This document shows positions 35,571-46,118 of a DNA stretch of 64,000 bases, in pieces. The notes beneath the pieces are model-generated. The model did not search any database. It saw nothing but the letters and a program-made list of their open reading frames with translations, and was not told the DNA's origin. The translations under genes were made by a program, and so were the position numbers. Numbering within the stretch: the first letter of the stretch is position 1; each line of letters begins with the position of its first letter. This DNA comes from Alphaproteobacteria bacterium (GTDB lineage Bacteria; Pseudomonadota; Alphaproteobacteria; GCA-2731375): positions 4,448,001 through 4,512,000 of the forward strand of contig CBDDPY010000002.1 of NCBI GenBank assembly GCA_965232515.1. The letters are read 5' to 3'.

Positions 35571-37351
35571 GCGGCGAGCGCCGTGGCGACCTGGTCGAGG
35601 CCGGCGGGCGTGTCGCTGAGCAGCAGGTTGGCGGCCGCCACTTCGAAGGGGCCGTCGTCGAGGCTGAGGGGGTCGCGGGGGCGGAGGCGGTGGTCGATGG
35701 CGAGGCGGGCGAGCAGGAGGCGGCGGGCGTCGCCGGTCTGCTCGGCCATCAATGCGCCTTCGTTCGCCAGCAGCACGGCCGACATGGCGTGGTAGAGGGC
35801 GTCGGACGCCTGGCGGGCGAAGGGCTCGTTTTCGGCGTTTGAGGCGACCTCGCGGGCGTAGCGGACGGCGCGGTCGACGAGCGCCGCGAGTTCGCCGCGG
35901 AACTGGCCGGGGACGCTGTCGGCCTTGTCGAGGGTGTCGTGCAGGGTTTCGCCCAGCGCCTCGTGGGCCATTTCCTTGGGGATGGCGCGCCCGGTGATGT
36001 CGAGGGCGTTGATCGACGAGGTGCCTTCCCAGAGCACGCCGAGATGGGCGTCGCGCACCAGCCGCGCGTTGACCCAGTCCTCGATATAGCCGTTGCCGCC
36101 GCGCGTCTCCATGGCCGCCGTCGCGACCTTGACGTTGTCGCGGGCGGTGCGGAATTTCAGGAGCGGCGTGACGATGCGGAGCGTGCGTTGGGCCAGTTCG
36201 TCGCCGGCGTCGGCGCGGGCCATCACGGCGGCGGCGAAGAGCGCGACGGACAAGGCCTGCTCGGTCGGCAGCATGATCTTCATGAGCTGCCGCCGCATCA
36301 GCGGGTGGTCCACAATGGTCTTGCCGAAGGCGACACGGTTGCGCGCCACCGTCATGGCTTCGTTCAGGCACCGCCGCATCATCGCCGCGGCGCGGACGCC
36401 GTGCGAGATCCGGCTGAGGTTCACCTGGTCCATCATCTGCTTCAGGCCGCGGCTTTCCTCGCCCATCAAATAGGCTTCCGCGCCCTCGAAGCGGACTTCG
36501 CCCGAGGCCATGGAGCGCGAGCCCAGCTTGTCCTTCAGGCGGACGATGCGATAGGCGTTGCGGCTGCCGTCCTCGAGCCGGCGCGGCACCAGGAACAGCG
36601 ACAGGCCGCGGCTGCCGGCGCCCGCGCCGACCGGGCGGGCCAGCATCAGGATCAGGTCGCCGTCGGTGGTCGAGCAGAACCACTTGTCGCCATGGATGCG
36701 CCAGGTCTGGCCGTCGAACCGGGCTTCGACCTCGCAGTTGCCGACATCGGAACCGCCGGCCTGCTCGGTCATGAACTGGGCGCCGGTCCAGATGTCGGGC
36801 CGCTTCTCGGCCAGCATGCGCGGCAGATAACGCTCACGGATCTCGGGTTGGGCGTAGCGGTTGACCAGGATCGCCGTCGTGTCGGTAGCGCTGATCGGGC
36901 ACATCAGGCCGAACTCGGACTGGGCGAAGAGATACTGGATGGCGTATTTCACCACCGGCCCCAGCGGTTTGGACCAGCCCAGCACGCCGCCCAACTGGCT
37001 GATCCGGTTCAGGCCGTAGTCCTCGTAGGCGACGCGCTCCATCTTGCGATAGGACGGGTGATACTCGATCCAGTCCTCGTCGCGGCCGAAACGGTCGCGG
37101 TAATGGAGCTGCGGCTTGTGCCGGTCAGCTTGGCGTGAGAGGTCGTCCAGCACGCCGCCGGCGCGCGCGCCGAGCTCGCGCAGGCGCGGCGCCATATGGG
37201 CGTTGAGATCGGCTGGCAGGTACTGTCCCAGGATCGCCTGCAGGCCCGGATCGATATCGTAGAAATTCTGGCCGTGGCAGTCCGGCGCGATCCAGTCGGC
37301 GCCCTGCTTGTCGCTGGCCGGTTCGGGCTTGGCTGTGGTCATGACGTTCAT
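35567..37351 (-). CDS. Acyl-CoA dehydrogenase family protein (AidB-like)
   Basis: CPISAT, QFMTEQAGGSDV, GDKWFCS, RLKDKLGSRSMASGE, GGNGYIE, WEGTSS. Confidence 0.92.
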   Translation of the reverse strand: MNVMTTAKPEPASDKQGADWIAPDCHGQNFYDIDPGLQAILGQYLPADLNAHMAPRLRELGARAGGVLDDLSRQADRHKPQLHYRDRFGRDEDWIEYHPSYRKMERVAYEDYGLNRISQLGGVLGWSKPLGPVVKYAIQYLFAQSEFGLMCPISATDTTAILVNRYAQPEIRERYLPRMLAEKRPDIWTGAQFMTEQAGGSDVGNCEVEARFDGQTWRIHGDKWFCSTTDGDLILMLARPVGAGAGSRGLSLFLVPRRLEDGSRNAYRIVRLKDKLGSRSMASGEVRFEGAEAYLMGEESRGLKQMMDQVNLSRISHGVRAAAMMRRCLNEAMTVARNRVAFGKTIVDHPLMRRQLMKIMLPTEQALSVALFAAAVMARADAGDELAQRTLRIVTPLLKFRTARDNVKVATAAMETRGGNGYIEDWVNARLVRDAHLGVLWEGTSSINALDITGRAIPKEMAHEALGETLHDTLDKADSVPGQFRGELAALVDRAVRYAREVASNAENEPFARQASDALYHAMSAVLLANEGALMAEQTGDARRLLLARLAIDHRLRPRDPLSLDDGPFEVAAANLLLSDTPAGLDQVATALAA

Positions 37352-37442
37352 GGCGAGTTCCTCGGTTGGACAGGCATTGCGCTGGGCTGGATCCCGATCC
37401 TGCGGTCTATGACGTTGCCGGGCAAACGAGATTTGCGTAAGT

Positions 37443-37461
37443 TTGAGTGAGTTTTACTCAA
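37443..37461. promoter_or_regulatory. LysR-type operator palindrome TTGAGT-N7-ACTCAA
   Basis: Perfect 6-bp arms in the divergent intergenic region directly upstream of the LysR gene; contains T-N11-A. Confidence 0.65.
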
Positions 37462-37473
37462 CCTATGGAAATC

Positions 37474-38373
37474 ATGAGTGACGGACTCCCGCCTCTAAAT
37501 CCGCTGCGGACCTTTGCTTGCGCGGCGCGGCATTTGAGTTTCGTTCATGCAGCCGAGGAGCTGAACGTGACTCCGGGCGCGGTCAGCCGACAGGTCAAGG
37601 CGCTTGAGGACTGGCTCGGCCTCACCCTGTTCCGGCGATCGCATCGGCAGGTGACGCTGACCGAGGCCGGCCGGGGCTATCTCGCCGATGTCGGCGATCC
37701 GTTGCGGCGCATCGCGGCGGCGACGGAGAGACTGCGCCGGCAGGACGCCGAACGGGCGCTGGCGATCTGCTGCTCGCCCACCTTCGCGCTGCGTTGGCTG
37801 GTGCCGCGCTGGGCCCGGTTCTACGACCGGCATCCCGACATCGACCTGCAATTGACGACGTCGCTGCAGCCGGTGGATTTCGAGCGCGACGGTTTCGATG
37901 CCGCCATGCTGGTCGGCGAAGGCGCGGCGACCTGGCCCGGACGGACGGTGGTGCGGCTGTTCGATGTCGAGCTGTTTCCGGTCTGCAGTCCCGCCTTGTG
38001 CGCGGGCACGGCGGCGTTGCGGCGACCAGCCGATCTGGCGCGGCAGACGCTGTTGCACGGGGCGCCGCGGCCGCAGGACTGGCGGCGCTGGCTCGATGCC
38101 GCCGGTGTCGGCGGCATCGATCCGACCGGCGGCATCACCTTCGACAGCCTGAACCTGTCGCTACAGGCCGCGATCGAGGGGCTGGGCGTCGCCATCGCCG
38201 TCGGCGCGCTGGTGCGGGAGGACCTGGCGGCGGGCCGGCTGGTGCAGCCGTTCGGACCGGTGCGCCGTTCCGGCCGGCCGTTCCACCTGGTCTATCCGCC
38301 GCAGCGGGCGCGCGACCGGCGCCTGCGCGCCTTCATCGACTGGCTGCGCGACGAGGCCGGCGGTGAACGCTAA
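37474..38373 (+). CDS. LysR-family regulator (GcvA-like)
   Basis: LPPLNPLRTF..AARHLSF..AAEELNVTPGAVSRQVK.LE; RWLVPR; G.GVA. Confidence 0.93.
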   Translation: MSDGLPPLNPLRTFACAARHLSFVHAAEELNVTPGAVSRQVKALEDWLGLTLFRRSHRQVTLTEAGRGYLADVGDPLRRIAAATERLRRQDAERALAICCSPTFALRWLVPRWARFYDRHPDIDLQLTTSLQPVDFERDGFDAAMLVGEGAATWPGRTVVRLFDVELFPVCSPALCAGTAALRRPADLARQTLLHGAPRPQDWRRWLDAAGVGGIDPTGGITFDSLNLSLQAAIEGLGVAIAVGALVREDLAAGRLVQPFGPVRRSGRPFHLVYPPQRARDRRLRAFIDWLRDEAGGER

Positions 38374-39359
38374 GCGTCGGGCTGCGTTGACCGCAGCAGG
38401 GCCGCGTCGGCTTCGGGGCTGGACGGATTGATCGCAAGGCCGGTGCCAAGCTCGAACCCGCCGGGCGTGGTGGTGCCGGGGACCAGACGCAGATACCAGT
38501 GCAGGTGTGGCGCGGACGCCGAATCACCGCCGGCCGACTGGACGGTGAAGTTGTAAGGTGGATCGTCCAGCGCGGTGCGTAGGCGACGCAGGACATCGCG
38601 CAGCGCCGCTGCCAGCGCATCGCATTCACCATCGTCGATGTCGCCGAAGTCGGCGCGATGACGTTTCGGCAGCAGCCAGACCTCGCACGGCGCCGCGGCG
38701 GCGAACGGCACAATGGCGAGGAAGTGGTCGTTCTGCAGCACCACCCGATCGCCCTCGTTCGTTTCCCGTCGCGCCATATCGCAAATGGCGCAGCCGCCGG
38801 TGCGGCGGTGATAGGCACGCAGCCGCCGGCGTTCGGCTGTTACCTCGGGCGGTATGGTCGTCAGCGCCACCGCCTGGGCATGCGGATGTTGCTGCGAGGC
38901 CCCCGCCGCCGCGCCGTAATTGCGGAACAGCAGCGCCAACCGAATGCCGGGCATCGCGGCCAGACGACGGTAGGTCGTGCGATAGGCGGCCATGACATGG
39001 CGCACGTGGTCCGGCGGCATCGTCGCCAGATCGAGGTCATGCCGGGGATGCTCAATAATCACTTCGTGCCGGCCGACGGCGGTGCGTCGTTCGAATGAGC
39101 CGGCGGTCGACGGCGCGTTGGTATCTTCGGCGACGACAGCAAATTTGTTCGGCACAACGCGCACGCGCCAGTCACCGCGGTTGCCCTCCGGCGATTGCCA
39201 GACGATACCCGGCAGCAAATCCTCGTTGCCCGGACAGAACGGGCAGGCCGCATCGGCCGCCGCGAGCCCCTGACCAGGCCGCCGTGCCCGGGCCGGCACG
39301 ACCAGGCTGCTGCGACCCGTTCGGCGATCGTGCCGGATCTCGGGTGGCATCGGTATCAT
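38370..39359 (-). CDS. galT: Galactose-1-phosphate uridylyltransferase family protein
   Basis: CPFCPGNE, RVVPNKF, GAS..HPHAQ catalytic motif, GGFELGTG. Confidence 0.85.
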   Translation of the reverse strand: MIPMPPEIRHDRRTGRSSLVVPARARRPGQGLAAADAACPFCPGNEDLLPGIVWQSPEGNRGDWRVRVVPNKFAVVAEDTNAPSTAGSFERRTAVGRHEVIIEHPRHDLDLATMPPDHVRHVMAAYRTTYRRLAAMPGIRLALLFRNYGAAAGASQQHPHAQAVALTTIPPEVTAERRRLRAYHRRTGGCAICDMARRETNEGDRVVLQNDHFLAIVPFAAAAPCEVWLLPKRHRADFGDIDDGECDALAAALRDVLRRLRTALDDPPYNFTVQSAGGDSASAPHLHWYLRLVPGTTTPGGFELGTGLAINPSSPEADAALLRSTQPDA

Positions 39360-39375
39360 ACGAATTCCGCCGAAA

Positions 39376-40683
39376 TCAGAAGGCGGTCCCGTGGAGCCGA
39401 AAGCGGGATTCGATCGAGCCAATCAGGTCCATCTGCTCTTCCATCAGCCGCGTCATCAGGAAGCGCTCGGCGACGGACCGCCGCGCCTTCGCCCCCATCT
39501 GCGTGCGCAGGTCGGGATGCCGCAGCAGATGCACGATGCGCGCCGCCGCCTGCTCGATGCCGTCGACCAGATAGCCGGTCACGCCGTCCTCGATCTGGTG
39601 GCGGATGCCGCCGACATTGCCGCCGATCACCGGCGTGCCCTTCCACATCGCTTCCGTCACGGTCAGGCCGAAGCCCTCGCGGATCGACTTCTGCAGCACC
39701 ACGGCGGCCCGGCGCTGCAGCGCGTTGACCAGCGCCGAATCCTGCACCGAGAGGATGCGAATGCGCTCCTCGGCCGATGCGCAGAGCTTCTCGAACACCT
39801 CCTGGCCCTCGGGATCGTCGGTGGCGACGTTGCCGACCAGGACCAGCGTGCAATCGACCTCGCGACGGGCGATGCGGTAGGCGTCGATCACGCCCTGCGG
39901 GTCCTTCCAGGTATCGAAGCGCGAGACCTGAACCACCAGCGGCAGATCGTCGGGGATGTCGTAGTGCGCCAGCCGGTCGCCGATCTCGTCATCGCTGAGC
40001 GGTTTGTTGGTCGAGGAGAACGGATCGATCGCCGGCATGATGAAGCGCTGCGGCACGCCCAGCGGCTGGGCGTATTCCGGCAGCGAGAGCACGACCGCGT
40101 CGTAGCTTTCGATAAAGCTCGAGAGATAGGTCCAGAGCTCCCGATTCGGGTTCGACAGGTCGACATGGCAGCGCCAGAACCACGGGCTCTTCTTGCGAAA
40201 GTACTTGATCAGCGGCAGCGGCTGCGGGTCGTGCACGAAGACGACGTCATGGTCGAGGTGCAGGCGCACGGCGTTCTCGAACACCACCTCCTCGTAGATC
40301 TCGCGCTTCAGTTCGCTCAAGTTGATGTCGGCGCCCTGCAGCGCGTTGTGCATCTTCTTGGTGATGCTGAAGAAGTCGGGCCGGCCCTGGATCACCCGCC
40401 AGCCGGTGCGCAGACCGGCGGCGTTCGCCAGCAGCGACAGCGAGGACAGGATTTCAGCGACACCGCCGCCGTAATAGGTCGAGTTGATGTGGACGACATG
40501 CAGATCGTTCAGCAATTCGGCCTTTTGCAGGATCCGGTCGACCGTCTCTGCGCCGATATGCGGCTCGTAGTCCTCGACGCGGGTCAGCTCGAATGCCGGT
40601 GTCGTCGGTGCATCGCCGCCCGCCTGCCAGCGGGCGGCGGCGAAGCCGCGGCGCGTCGTCTGCTTGTTCAGGGTGTCATTCAC
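39376..40683 (-). CDS. treT: Trehalose synthase TreT-type GT4 glycosyltransferase
   Basis: HINSTYYGGGVAEIL, HNALQG, HDPQP, WRCHVD, VSRFD.WKDP.GV, KSIREGFGLTVTEAMWK. Confidence 0.88.
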   Translation of the reverse strand: MNDTLNKQTTRRGFAAARWQAGGDAPTTPAFELTRVEDYEPHIGAETVDRILQKAELLNDLHVVHINSTYYGGGVAEILSSLSLLANAAGLRTGWRVIQGRPDFFSITKKMHNALQGADINLSELKREIYEEVVFENAVRLHLDHDVVFVHDPQPLPLIKYFRKKSPWFWRCHVDLSNPNRELWTYLSSFIESYDAVVLSLPEYAQPLGVPQRFIMPAIDPFSSTNKPLSDDEIGDRLAHYDIPDDLPLVVQVSRFDTWKDPQGVIDAYRIARREVDCTLVLVGNVATDDPEGQEVFEKLCASAEERIRILSVQDSALVNALQRRAAVVLQKSIREGFGLTVTEAMWKGTPVIGGNVGGIRHQIEDGVTGYLVDGIEQAAARIVHLLRHPDLRTQMGAKARRSVAERFLMTRLMEEQMDLIGSIESRFRLHGTAF

Positions 40684-40881
40684 GTCGAGCCGCGGCCCTT
40701 CTGTTCGGCGGTGACGTCATGCCCGCCTTCCGTGGCCGACGCTAGCGGGGCCGGCCGGGACCGACATTGACTCAGGACAAGGCACGTTTTGCGTGTACCC
40801 CGCGTCCCGACGGTTCGCGCGCCCGTTAACGGTATGTTGCCGATCCTTCGCTATGAATCGCTAATGGCGGGGGGAGCGCCG

Positions 40882-42792
40882 ATGGACGGTAAGCGTGCGT
40901 CGCACAAACCAAGGCATGTCGGCCCGTTTTTGGCCGTTGCGTTCGCCTTCGCGTTTTATCTGGCCTTTGCCGCCGGCGATATCGGCGGGCCGGCCATGGC
41001 GGGCGACTTGGTTGTGACGATTTTGCTGGCAGCGGTGATTTTGGGTCTGGCCGCCGCGGGGATCGCCGGGCTCGTGGTGCGTCGGCGTTTTTTGCAACTC
41101 AAACGCGAAGCTGCCCGTGCCTCCGAGCTCGCCGACCGCCTTTCCACAACCGTGGAGACGCTGAACGCCGGTAATCAGGTGCTGCGCGACAGCGAAGAAC
41201 GCGCGGAGGCCGCGAACCGCGCCAAATCCGCCTTCCTCGCCAGCATGAGCCACGAGATCCGCACGCCGATGAACGGCATCATCGGCATGACGGCCCTGTT
41301 GCAGGACACCGACCTGTCGCCGGAGCAGCGCAATTACGTACAGGCCGTGCAGGATTCTGGCGACGCGCTTTTGAACCTGATCAACGACATCCTCGACTAC
41401 TCGAAGATCGAGGCCGGCCGTCTGGCATTCGAAGCGGTCGATTTTGACCTGGCCGCGATCACCGAACGCGTCGCGGAGCTGCTCGCCCCGCGGGCCAGCG
41501 CCAAGGGCATCGAGATTGCCACCCACTTCGATCCCGAGGTACCCACGGCCGTGCGCGGCGACCCCGGCCGGCTGCGCCAGGTGCTGCTGAACCTGGTCGG
41601 CAACGCCGTGAAGTTCACCGAAACCGGCGGCATCAGCATCGGCGTCTCGCTGCAGCGCGAGACGGCGCGGCGAATTCGTCTGAAGTTCGACGTCACCGAC
41701 ACCGGCATCGGCATTCCGCCGATGGCGCAGGCCGGCCTGTTCGACGAGTTCACACAAGGCGATGTCTCGGTGGCCCGCAAGTATGGCGGCACCGGGCTCG
41801 GCCTGGCGATCTGCCGGCAGATCGTCCTGCGCATGGGCGGCGAGATTGCCGTTGAGAGCAGCCCCGGCGAAGGCAGCACGTTCTGGTTCACCGTCGATCT
41901 GGAGATGCAGACGCAGCGTCACCCGACGGCGCCGTCCTCGCTCGCCGGCCTCAGCGTGCTGGTCGCCGACGGCAATCCGGTCAGCCGCGGCGTCGCCGCG
42001 CGCCAGCTCACGGCCTGCGGCGCCCAGGTGGTGTGCGTCGAGGACGCGACCGGCTGCATGGCGGCGCTGCGCGAGGTCGCATCGACCGATCCGTTCGACG
42101 TGGCGCTGATCGACATCAGTCTGCCGGACATGCCGGGCGACGCCGTCGCGCTGACCGTTCGGGCCGATGCGCCGCTCGCCGATACGCGCCTGATCGTCAT
42201 GCTGCCTGCCGAGAGCCGGGCCCGCGTCGACAACCTGCGGCGCGCCGGCTTCGACGCCTACATGATCAAGCCGATGCGGCAGCGCTCGCTGGCGCGCCGG
42301 GTCGCCATCGTGACCGGTCGCGAGACGGAAGACGCCGTGCTGCCGAGCGGCGACGCGGCGCGGGTCGACCACGGACCGACGGTGGTGAATGTCGGCGGCG
42401 CCCGGCGGCTGCGGATTCTGCTGGCCGAGGACAACGCCATCAACCAGATGCTGGCGACGGCCTTGCTGGAGAAGGCCGGTCATCATGTCGATGCCGTCGG
42501 CAACGGCGCCGAAGCCGTCGAGGCGGTCGTGGCGGCGGCCTACGACCTGGTGCTGATGGATGTGCGCATGCCTGAGGTCGACGGTCTGGAAGCGACGCGG
42601 CAGATCCGCGCGCTCGGCGGGCCCAAAGCCGATCTACCGATCATCGCCATGACCGCCAACGTCATGACCGAGGAGCGCGACGAGTGCCTCGCCGCCGGCA
42701 TGAGCGACCACATCGCCAAGCCGATCGACGAGGACGATCTGATGCGCGCCGTCGCCAAATGGCAGCCGTCCGATCTGATGGCGGCATCGTGA
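40882..42792 (+). CDS. Hybrid sensor histidine kinase with two receiver domains
   Basis: H-box [11 protein letters not shown]-box [10 protein letters not shown]-boxes DTGIG and GGTGLGL, receivers ALID and VLMD; two N-terminal TM helices. Confidence 0.93.
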   Translation: MDGKRASHKPRHVGPFLAVAFAFAFYLAFAAGDIGGPAMAGDLVVTILLAAVILGLAAAGIAGLVVRRRFLQLKREAARASELADRLSTTVETLNAGNQVLRDSEERAEAANRAKSAFLASMSHEIRTPMNGIIGMTALLQDTDLSPEQRNYVQAVQDSGDALLNLINDILDYSKIEAGRLAFEAVDFDLAAITERVAELLAPRASAKGIEIATHFDPEVPTAVRGDPGRLRQVLLNLVGNAVKFTETGGISIGVSLQRETARRIRLKFDVTDTGIGIPPMAQAGLFDEFTQGDVSVARKYGGTGLGLAICRQIVLRMGGEIAVESSPGEGSTFWFTVDLEMQTQRHPTAPSSLAGLSVLVADGNPVSRGVAARQLTACGAQVVCVEDATGCMAALREVASTDPFDVALIDISLPDMPGDAVALTVRADAPLADTRLIVMLPAESRARVDNLRRAGFDAYMIKPMRQRSLARRVAIVTGRETEDAVLPSGDAARVDHGPTVVNVGGARRLRILLAEDNAINQMLATALLEKAGHHVDAVGNGAEAVEAVVAAAYDLVLMDVRMPEVDGLEATRQIRALGGPKADLPIIAMTANVMTEERDECLAAGMSDHIAKPIDEDDLMRAVAKWQPSDLMAAS

Positions 42793-42908
42793 ATACTGGC
42801 GTGACGGCCGGCGGCGCTTGCATGCGGGGGCGCGCGGTCTAAAGTGGCGGTCGCCTGCGTCCCGATTCGCCGCTACGCGCGGCCGGACGCGCCAACACCG
42901 GCGATGCC

Positions 42909-44261
42909 GTGAGCGAACCGTCCCGACAATCCTGGCTTCAGACGCTGGCCGTCTACACCGACCGGCGGGTCATCGCGATCCTCCTGCTCGGCTTCTCCAG
43001 CGGCCTGCCGCTGCTGCTGACATTGTCGACGTTGACGATCTGGTTGGCCGAGGAAGGTATCTCCAAGACCACGATCGGTTTGTTCGCGCTGGTCGGTCTG
43101 CCCTATTCGATCAAGTTCCTCTGGGCGCCGTTGATCGACCGGCTGCCGTTGCCGCCGCTGACGACGCTGTTGGGCCGGCGGCGCGGCTGGGCGGTCGGCA
43201 CGCAGCTGGCGCTGATGGCCGGTATCGTCGGCCTCGGCGGGGCCGATCCGTCGACGAACCTGTTGGCCATGGCCTGGTGGGCGGCGTTCGTGGCCTTCGC
43301 GTCGGCCAGTCAGGACGTGGTCATCGACGCTTACCGCGTCGAGCTGCTGGATGAGTCGCAATACGGCGCCGGCGCGGCAATGTATGTCGCCGGTTATCGC
43401 GTCGGGATGTTGGCGGCGGGCGCCGGGGCCCTGTTCCTGGCCGAAGCGACGACCTGGTTTCTGGTCTATTGCGCCATGGCTGCCCTGGTCCTCATCGGCG
43501 TCGGCACCATTCTGCTCAGCCCCGAGCCGGCGGCGGCCGACGTGCCGGAACAGGAGCAGCGCGCGGCCGCGTGGTTGCGCGAACGAACGCGGCTCACCGG
43601 CGCGCCGATGCGGCTTCTGCAATGGATACATGGCGCCGCGATTTCACCGTTTGCCGACTTTATGTCGCGCCCCGCGTGGCTCGCTATCCTGCTCTTTATC
43701 CTGCTCTACAAGTTCGGCGACGCGCTCGCCGGCGTGATGGCCAATCCGTTCTATGTCGAAATTGGCTTTACGAAGGGCGAGATCGCCAGCGTCTCGAAGA
43801 TCTTCGGTCTTGCGGCGACGCTCATGGGCGGCTTCATCGGCGGCCTGATGGTGGTGCGGGTCGGCATCCTGCGCAGTCTGTTCCTGTGCGGCGTGCTGCA
43901 GATGCTGTCGAACCTGATGTTCGCCGTGCAGGCCGTTGTCGGCCATGACATCGGCATGCTGACGCTCGTGATCGCGTTGGAAAATCTCGCCGGCGGCATG
44001 GGCACGGCGGCCTTCGTCGCCTATCTCTCGGCCCTGTGCAACGTCGCTTACACCGCGACGCAATACGCCCTGCTGTCGTCGTTCATGTCGTTCGGACGTA
44101 CCACATTGTCGTCGTCCGGCGGCTGGATTGCGGACCAGACGGACTGGGTTGTTTTCTTCGTCATCACCACCGTCGCGGCCCTGCCTGGCCTGCTGTTGCT
44201 GGTCTGGCTGGCGCGGCGCGGTTACCGGGCCGAGGCGTCGCCGGCGGCGGCGGGGGATTGA
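42909..44261 (+). CDS. ampG: AmpG-family muropeptide MFS permease
   Basis: LGFSSGLP, KFLWAPLID, SASQDVVIDAYR, ATQYALLSS. Confidence 0.92.
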   Translation: MSEPSRQSWLQTLAVYTDRRVIAILLLGFSSGLPLLLTLSTLTIWLAEEGISKTTIGLFALVGLPYSIKFLWAPLIDRLPLPPLTTLLGRRRGWAVGTQLALMAGIVGLGGADPSTNLLAMAWWAAFVAFASASQDVVIDAYRVELLDESQYGAGAAMYVAGYRVGMLAAGAGALFLAEATTWFLVYCAMAALVLIGVGTILLSPEPAAADVPEQEQRAAAWLRERTRLTGAPMRLLQWIHGAAISPFADFMSRPAWLAILLFILLYKFGDALAGVMANPFYVEIGFTKGEIASVSKIFGLAATLMGGFIGGLMVVRVGILRSLFLCGVLQMLSNLMFAVQAVVGHDIGMLTLVIALENLAGGMGTAAFVAYLSALCNVAYTATQYALLSSFMSFGRTTLSSSGGWIADQTDWVVFFVITTVAALPGLLLLVWLARRGYRAEASPAAAGD

Positions 44262-44280
44262 GGCGGCTGTCGACCGGCGG

Positions 44281-44553
44281 TCAGCGGTAGAATTCGACGA
44301 AGAACGTCACGTCGCCGAGCGGCGTCACCTGGTGCGGCACCGCGGGCTCGACCACGCCCGACAGTTCCGGGGTCAGAACTTGGCTCTCGTACGGCTCTAG
44401 GATCTCGTAGTGGAGCGCGCCCTCGAGCACGGTGATCCGACCCCAGACGCCGGCGGCGGTCCGATGCGCCTTCTGAAGGCCCGCGGGCAGCGTGTCCTGC
44501 GTGAAGGTCGGCGTTTGCCGGTAGGCCGTGGTCGTAGCTGGAATGGTCTTCAT
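44281..44553 (-). CDS. DUF1971 (TehB/YeaR-like cupin) protein
   Basis: TPTFTQDTLPAGLQ.AH.T..GVWG...VLEG.L, P..PH.V, F.VEFY. Confidence 0.85.
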   Translation of the reverse strand: MKTIPATTTAYRQTPTFTQDTLPAGLQKAHRTAAGVWGRITVLEGALHYEILEPYESQVLTPELSGVVEPAVPHQVTPLGDVTFFVEFYR

Positions 44554-44957
44554 CGCACCGCGCGTCGCCTTTGGACATCTGCCGGGGAATAGAACATCGC
44601 CAGCTTCAGGCTGGCGGCAATGCGCTCGGCGCGCAACCGGATATCGGCCGCCGTCTCGGGCTCGAACAGCTCGATTAACGTTGCGCCGAACAACGCGAGC
44701 CAGCGGTCGAACAGCTCGGGCGTGACGCCGGACAAGCGCTTGTGGGCGATCAGCGGGTTGCCGCCGTAACGGCCGCTCTTCAGCAACACCGACGACCAGA
44801 AGTCTCGCATGGTCTGCAGGTGCGCCGTCCAGTCGTCGCCGATCACGCGCTCGAACACCGGGCCGAGCAACGGATCGACCTTGACCCGGGCATAGAACCG
44901 GTCGACCAGGGCGACGATGCTGTCTTCCGTGACAGGCCGAGAAAGCGTCATTCGCAA
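44550..44957 (-). CDS. Group III truncated haemoglobin
   Basis: LVDRFY..V..D..LGPVF, W..HL..M.DFWSS, Y.GNP...H, F.RWL.LF. Confidence 0.9.
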   Translation of the reverse strand: MRMTLSRPVTEDSIVALVDRFYARVKVDPLLGPVFERVIGDDWTAHLQTMRDFWSSVLLKSGRYGGNPLIAHKRLSGVTPELFDRWLALFGATLIELFEPETAADIRLRAERIAASLKLAMFYSPADVQRRRAVR

Positions 44958-44972
44958 TCCAATCCGTTGATA

Positions 44973-44995
44973 AAGATGTACAGAAAATACATATT
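44973..44995. promoter_or_regulatory. NsrR-type 11-1-11 operator AAGATGTACAG-A-AAATACATATT (extra half-site AAATACATCTT at 45023-45033)
   Basis: Resembles the NsrR palindrome AAGATG(C/T)ATTT-N-AAATACATCTT; lies between the divergent haemoglobin and Rrf2 genes. Confidence 0.75.
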
Positions 44996-45051
44996 AAAAC
45001 GATCTGCTAAATTCAATATCGGAAATACATCTTTTGGACTAAGATCCGATC

Positions 45052-45489
45052 ATGCGACTGACCCGCTACACTGACTACGCGCTGCGCGTGCTGATGTACC
45101 TCGGCATGCGCGACGACCGCCTGAGCACGATCCACGAGATCGCCACCCAATACGGCATCTCGGAGAACCATCTGACCAAGGTCGTGCATCAGCTTGGCCG
45201 GCACGGCCTGATCAAGACGATCCGCGGCCGCAACGGCGGGCTGATGCTGGGCAAGCCCGCCGAGCGGATCAATGTCGGCAAGGTGGTCCGCCTGACCGAG
45301 GCCGACTTCGAGATCGTCGAATGCTTCAACCGCGAGACGAACCAATGCGTGTTGCACGGCGCCTGCGTGCTGCAAAAGGCGCTGTCCGAGGCCGTGCGCG
45401 CGTTCCTCGAGGTGCTGGACGGCTATACCCTGGCCGACCTGCTGCAGCCCGGCAACCGCTTGGCGAAACGCTTGCTTGCGGCGTCCTGA
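45052..45489 (+). CDS. nsrR: Rrf2-family NO-sensing repressor
   Basis: MRLT.YTDYALR.L.YL, RGRNGG, three Cys ECF...C.....C. Confidence 0.85.
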   Translation: MRLTRYTDYALRVLMYLGMRDDRLSTIHEIATQYGISENHLTKVVHQLGRHGLIKTIRGRNGGLMLGKPAERINVGKVVRLTEADFEIVECFNRETNQCVLHGACVLQKALSEAVRAFLEVLDGYTLADLLQPGNRLAKRLLAAS

Positions 45490-45506
45490 GCGGTCAGGAT
45501 TCGTCC

Positions 45507-46022
45507 ATGACCGACCGCATTGAGATCGTCGAAGCCGATATCACGACGCTCGCGGTCGACGCCATCGTCAATGCCGCCAACGAATCGCTGCTGGGTGGGG
45601 GCGGGGTCGACGGCGCCATCCATCGGGCCGCCGGGCCCGATCTGCTGGCGGAGTGTAGAGGCATCGGTGGTTGCCCGACAGGCGAGGCGCGCATCACCGG
45701 CGGCTATCGGTTGCCGGCGCGGCACGTTATCCACACCGTCGGCCCGGTCTGGCGCGGCGGCGATGCCGGTGAGCCGGATCTGCTGGCGTCGTGCTATCGC
45801 AGTTGCTTCAGACTTGCCGACGCCAACTGTGTCACGTCGATCGCCTTCCCGGCTATCAGCACGGGCGTCTATGGCTATCCTCTGGCCGACGCGACGCGCA
45901 TCGCGATCGGCGAGGCGAAGGCTTATCTCGCCGCCGGCGGCGCCATCGAGCGTATCGTCTTCGCCTGTTTCGGCGCCGAGGCCATGACGGCTTACCGCGA
46001 CACGCTCGCCGCCGCCGACTGA
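45507..46022 (+). CDS. Macrodomain O-acetyl-ADP-ribose deacetylase (YmdB-like)
   Basis: DIT, IVNAAN.SLLGGGGVDGAIH, IHTVGP, AFPAISTGVYGYP. Confidence 0.93.
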   Translation: MTDRIEIVEADITTLAVDAIVNAANESLLGGGGVDGAIHRAAGPDLLAECRGIGGCPTGEARITGGYRLPARHVIHTVGPVWRGGDAGEPDLLASCYRSCFRLADANCVTSIAFPAISTGVYGYPLADATRIAIGEAKAYLAAGGAIERIVFACFGAEAMTAYRDTLAAAD

Positions 46023-46118
46023 CCGACATCAGGCTTTCATTTGACCCGTGGACCGTCGCGGCCTACGTTTAGAGACGGGGCTGCAAACGGAACCTCGATA
46101 TCGCGAAAGGGGTATTCC

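Noticed and set aside
35016-36683. Long alternative-frame and antisense ORFs in the GC-rich host region (e.g. 555 aa at 35016-36683; also 40861-42486, 58364-59776, 59736-61103, 62466-63902)
   Set aside because: They are shadows of well-supported genes caused by high GC and codon bias; Arg/Pro/Ala-rich with no motifs.
45507-46022. Macrodomain gene as a partner of the island's RES toxin
   Set aside because: It is an ordinary YmdB-like gene with host codon usage, 10 kb outside the element.
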